From: Octopus vulgaris
Lineage: Eukaryota
DNA length: 64,000 nt
Direction: 5' to 3'
Assembly (NCBI GenBank): GCA_951406725.2
Contig: OX597824.1
Coordinates: forward strand, 95,294,001-95,358,000
A program made the translations under genes and the position numbers. The notes under the pieces were generated by a model. The model made no database searches and was not told the origin of the DNA. It was given only the letters and a program-made list of their open reading frames with translations. Numbering within the stretch: position 1 is the stretch's first letter; each line of letters starts with the position of its first letter. Positions 62,190-64,000 of the stretch are shown in pieces.

Positions 62190-64000
62190 TTGTTGCCACT
62201 GTTAGGCACATTTTTGCAACCATGGGATTTCAAGTTCGGTCCCAGCACCTTGTGTGCAGCACCTTGGCCATGTGTCTTCTATAGCCCAAAGCCAATCTGT
62301 GCTTTGTGAGTGAAATTGGTAGATGGAAACTGTGTGGAATCCTACTGTGTGTGTGTGTGTGTGTGTGTGTTGTCCCCTCCACCACTTGACAATAGGTGGT
62401 AGTTTCTATGCGTCATCATAAGCATTAGCAGTTCAGCAAAGAGACTGATAAAGTAAGCACCGTGCTTAAAAATAAACACTGGGGTTTAGTTTTGTTTGAC
62501 TGAATCCCTTGAAGGTGGTGCCCCAGCATGGCTGCAGTCCAGTGACTGAAACAAGTAAAAGGTAAAAGATCCCTGCAGCAATCTGTGTAATTCTCGACAG
62601 AGAATTATGCACAAATAGATCAGTTGGGGAAAAATAGGTTTATTTTCAATAATTGACATTGAAAAATTATGTCATTTGTGAATGCCACTTGAAATGGAAG
62701 CTATAATCCTGTGAGAGTGAATTGTTAGAAGGTCTCAGTTCAGTTCTTGGCACAGCGATATGCTTCTTCATAATGAGTGGTTGGCATTAGGAAAAGCATC
62801 CAGCTGTAGAAACTCTGCCAGATCAGATTGGAGCCTGGTGCAGCCATCGGGCTCACCAGTCCGCAGTCAAACCATCCAACTCATGCCAGCATGAAAAGCG
62901 GACGTTAAACAATGATGATGTTCACTCCCGTCTGTAACAAGGTCACCTTCAGTTATGTGTTCATCTAAATCATCATCATCATCTTTATCATCAGCATCAT
63001 CATCATTTTTATGTCCACTTTTCCATGCCTACATGGATCAGACAAAATTTGTCGAGGCAGTTTTTCAGTGGCTGAATGCCCTTCCTGTTGCCATTCTTCT
63101 CCTGTTTCCCAAGTGAGGTAATATTTCCCCATGATCAGACTTGAAGGACATCACAGGTATAAGGGTAAAACCCATTTATGGCTATCATGGAATGTCATGA
63201 TGAGGAAACAGTAAACACATTCACACAGACTTACATTTACAAATGGGTATATACACATTTACACACACACACATACATGATGGGATTCTTTCAGTTTCTG
63301 TCTACCAAATCCTCTCACAAGGCTTTGATTGATTCAAGGCTATAGTAGAAAGCACTTGCCTAAGGTGTCGTACAGTGGGACTGAACCTAGGACCATATGA
63401 TTGGGCAGTAAACTTCTTATCATGCCTGTGCCTCCATAGATACTTCATTCAAATTCTTGTTCCATTGCAAAGCCTTGTTTAAATTTATATTAGCTAAAAG
63501 AAAATTAGTCAAAGTGTATGTGTGGGAGGTGCAGGACACAGCACTCTTCCAAGCTGAGGCCATTTACAGGAATTCCTTTAGATAAATGTAGTTTGTTGTC
63601 ATCGTCATCATCATCGTCAAAGAAATCAGTGATTTCATAACAGAGTGTTTCTTTGTCAGATATGTTAATTTCCTTGTTTATAGAATTGGTAATAACAAGT
63701 TTATTTTGTAGAACTTAAGAACCTTCAATGAAAGGAGGTAAATGCGCAACAAAGTTGGCAGTGAGGCTCTTTAAACTGTTTCTTGGTACTTAATCTGTTA
63801 CTCTTTGGTAACATTCTGTTTTTAGTATTTGTTGTTTGTTATATTTGGAGATGGTAATTTTGCCAATAAACATACGCATTATATATGACGTGGCCAATGC
63901 CAGTACCCTCTGATTGGCTCCTGTGCCGGTGGCACGTAAAAAGCACCATCCACATGTGATCGATGCCAAGCCCGCCTGACTGGCTCCTGTGCCGGTGGCA
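62190..64000. mobile_element. SINE cluster: B (+, 62190-62570), C (+, 62776-62920), B variant (-, about 63000-63430), C (+, 63886 to window end)
   Basis: Family motifs as above. Confidence 0.75.

Noticed and set aside
53877-64000. Next BTBD7 exon (expected CEDII...WS..P.GS.WV-like)
   Set aside because: Not recognised by eye in the remaining 10 kb; presumed to lie downstream of the window.

Overview
Eukaryotic, AT-rich, repeat-dense genomic DNA. The SINE families, mariner relics and long TA/CA microsatellites point to a coleoid cephalopod, probably Octopus (inference). Two genes are supported and sit head-to-head. One is the first coding exon of a COX8-like cytochrome c oxidase subunit (minus strand, 3073-3186); its later exons were not found in the window. 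The other is BTBD7 (plus strand), with a putative non-coding first exon near 3600-4089 and a large first coding exon at 52645-53805 carrying two BTB domains; its later exons lie beyond the window. The rest is mostly BTBD7 intron filled with at least four SINE families, four mariner-type elements, TTAA- and 9-bp-TSD MITEs, Penelope-like termini and microsatellites. Most notable observations: (1) COX8-BTBD7 divergent linkage that appears to mirror human COX8C-BTBD7; (2) three repeat-borne minimal hammerhead-ribozyme-like motifs whose cores differ at the 3-8 tertiary pair, including a G3-C8 swap; (3) uORFs and candidate 5'UTR exons of BTBD7; (4) inverted SINE pairs that could drive editing or back-splicing. 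Repeat boundaries were read by eye and are approximate unless a TSD is cited. No database searches were run, and comparisons with human genes are from recall.
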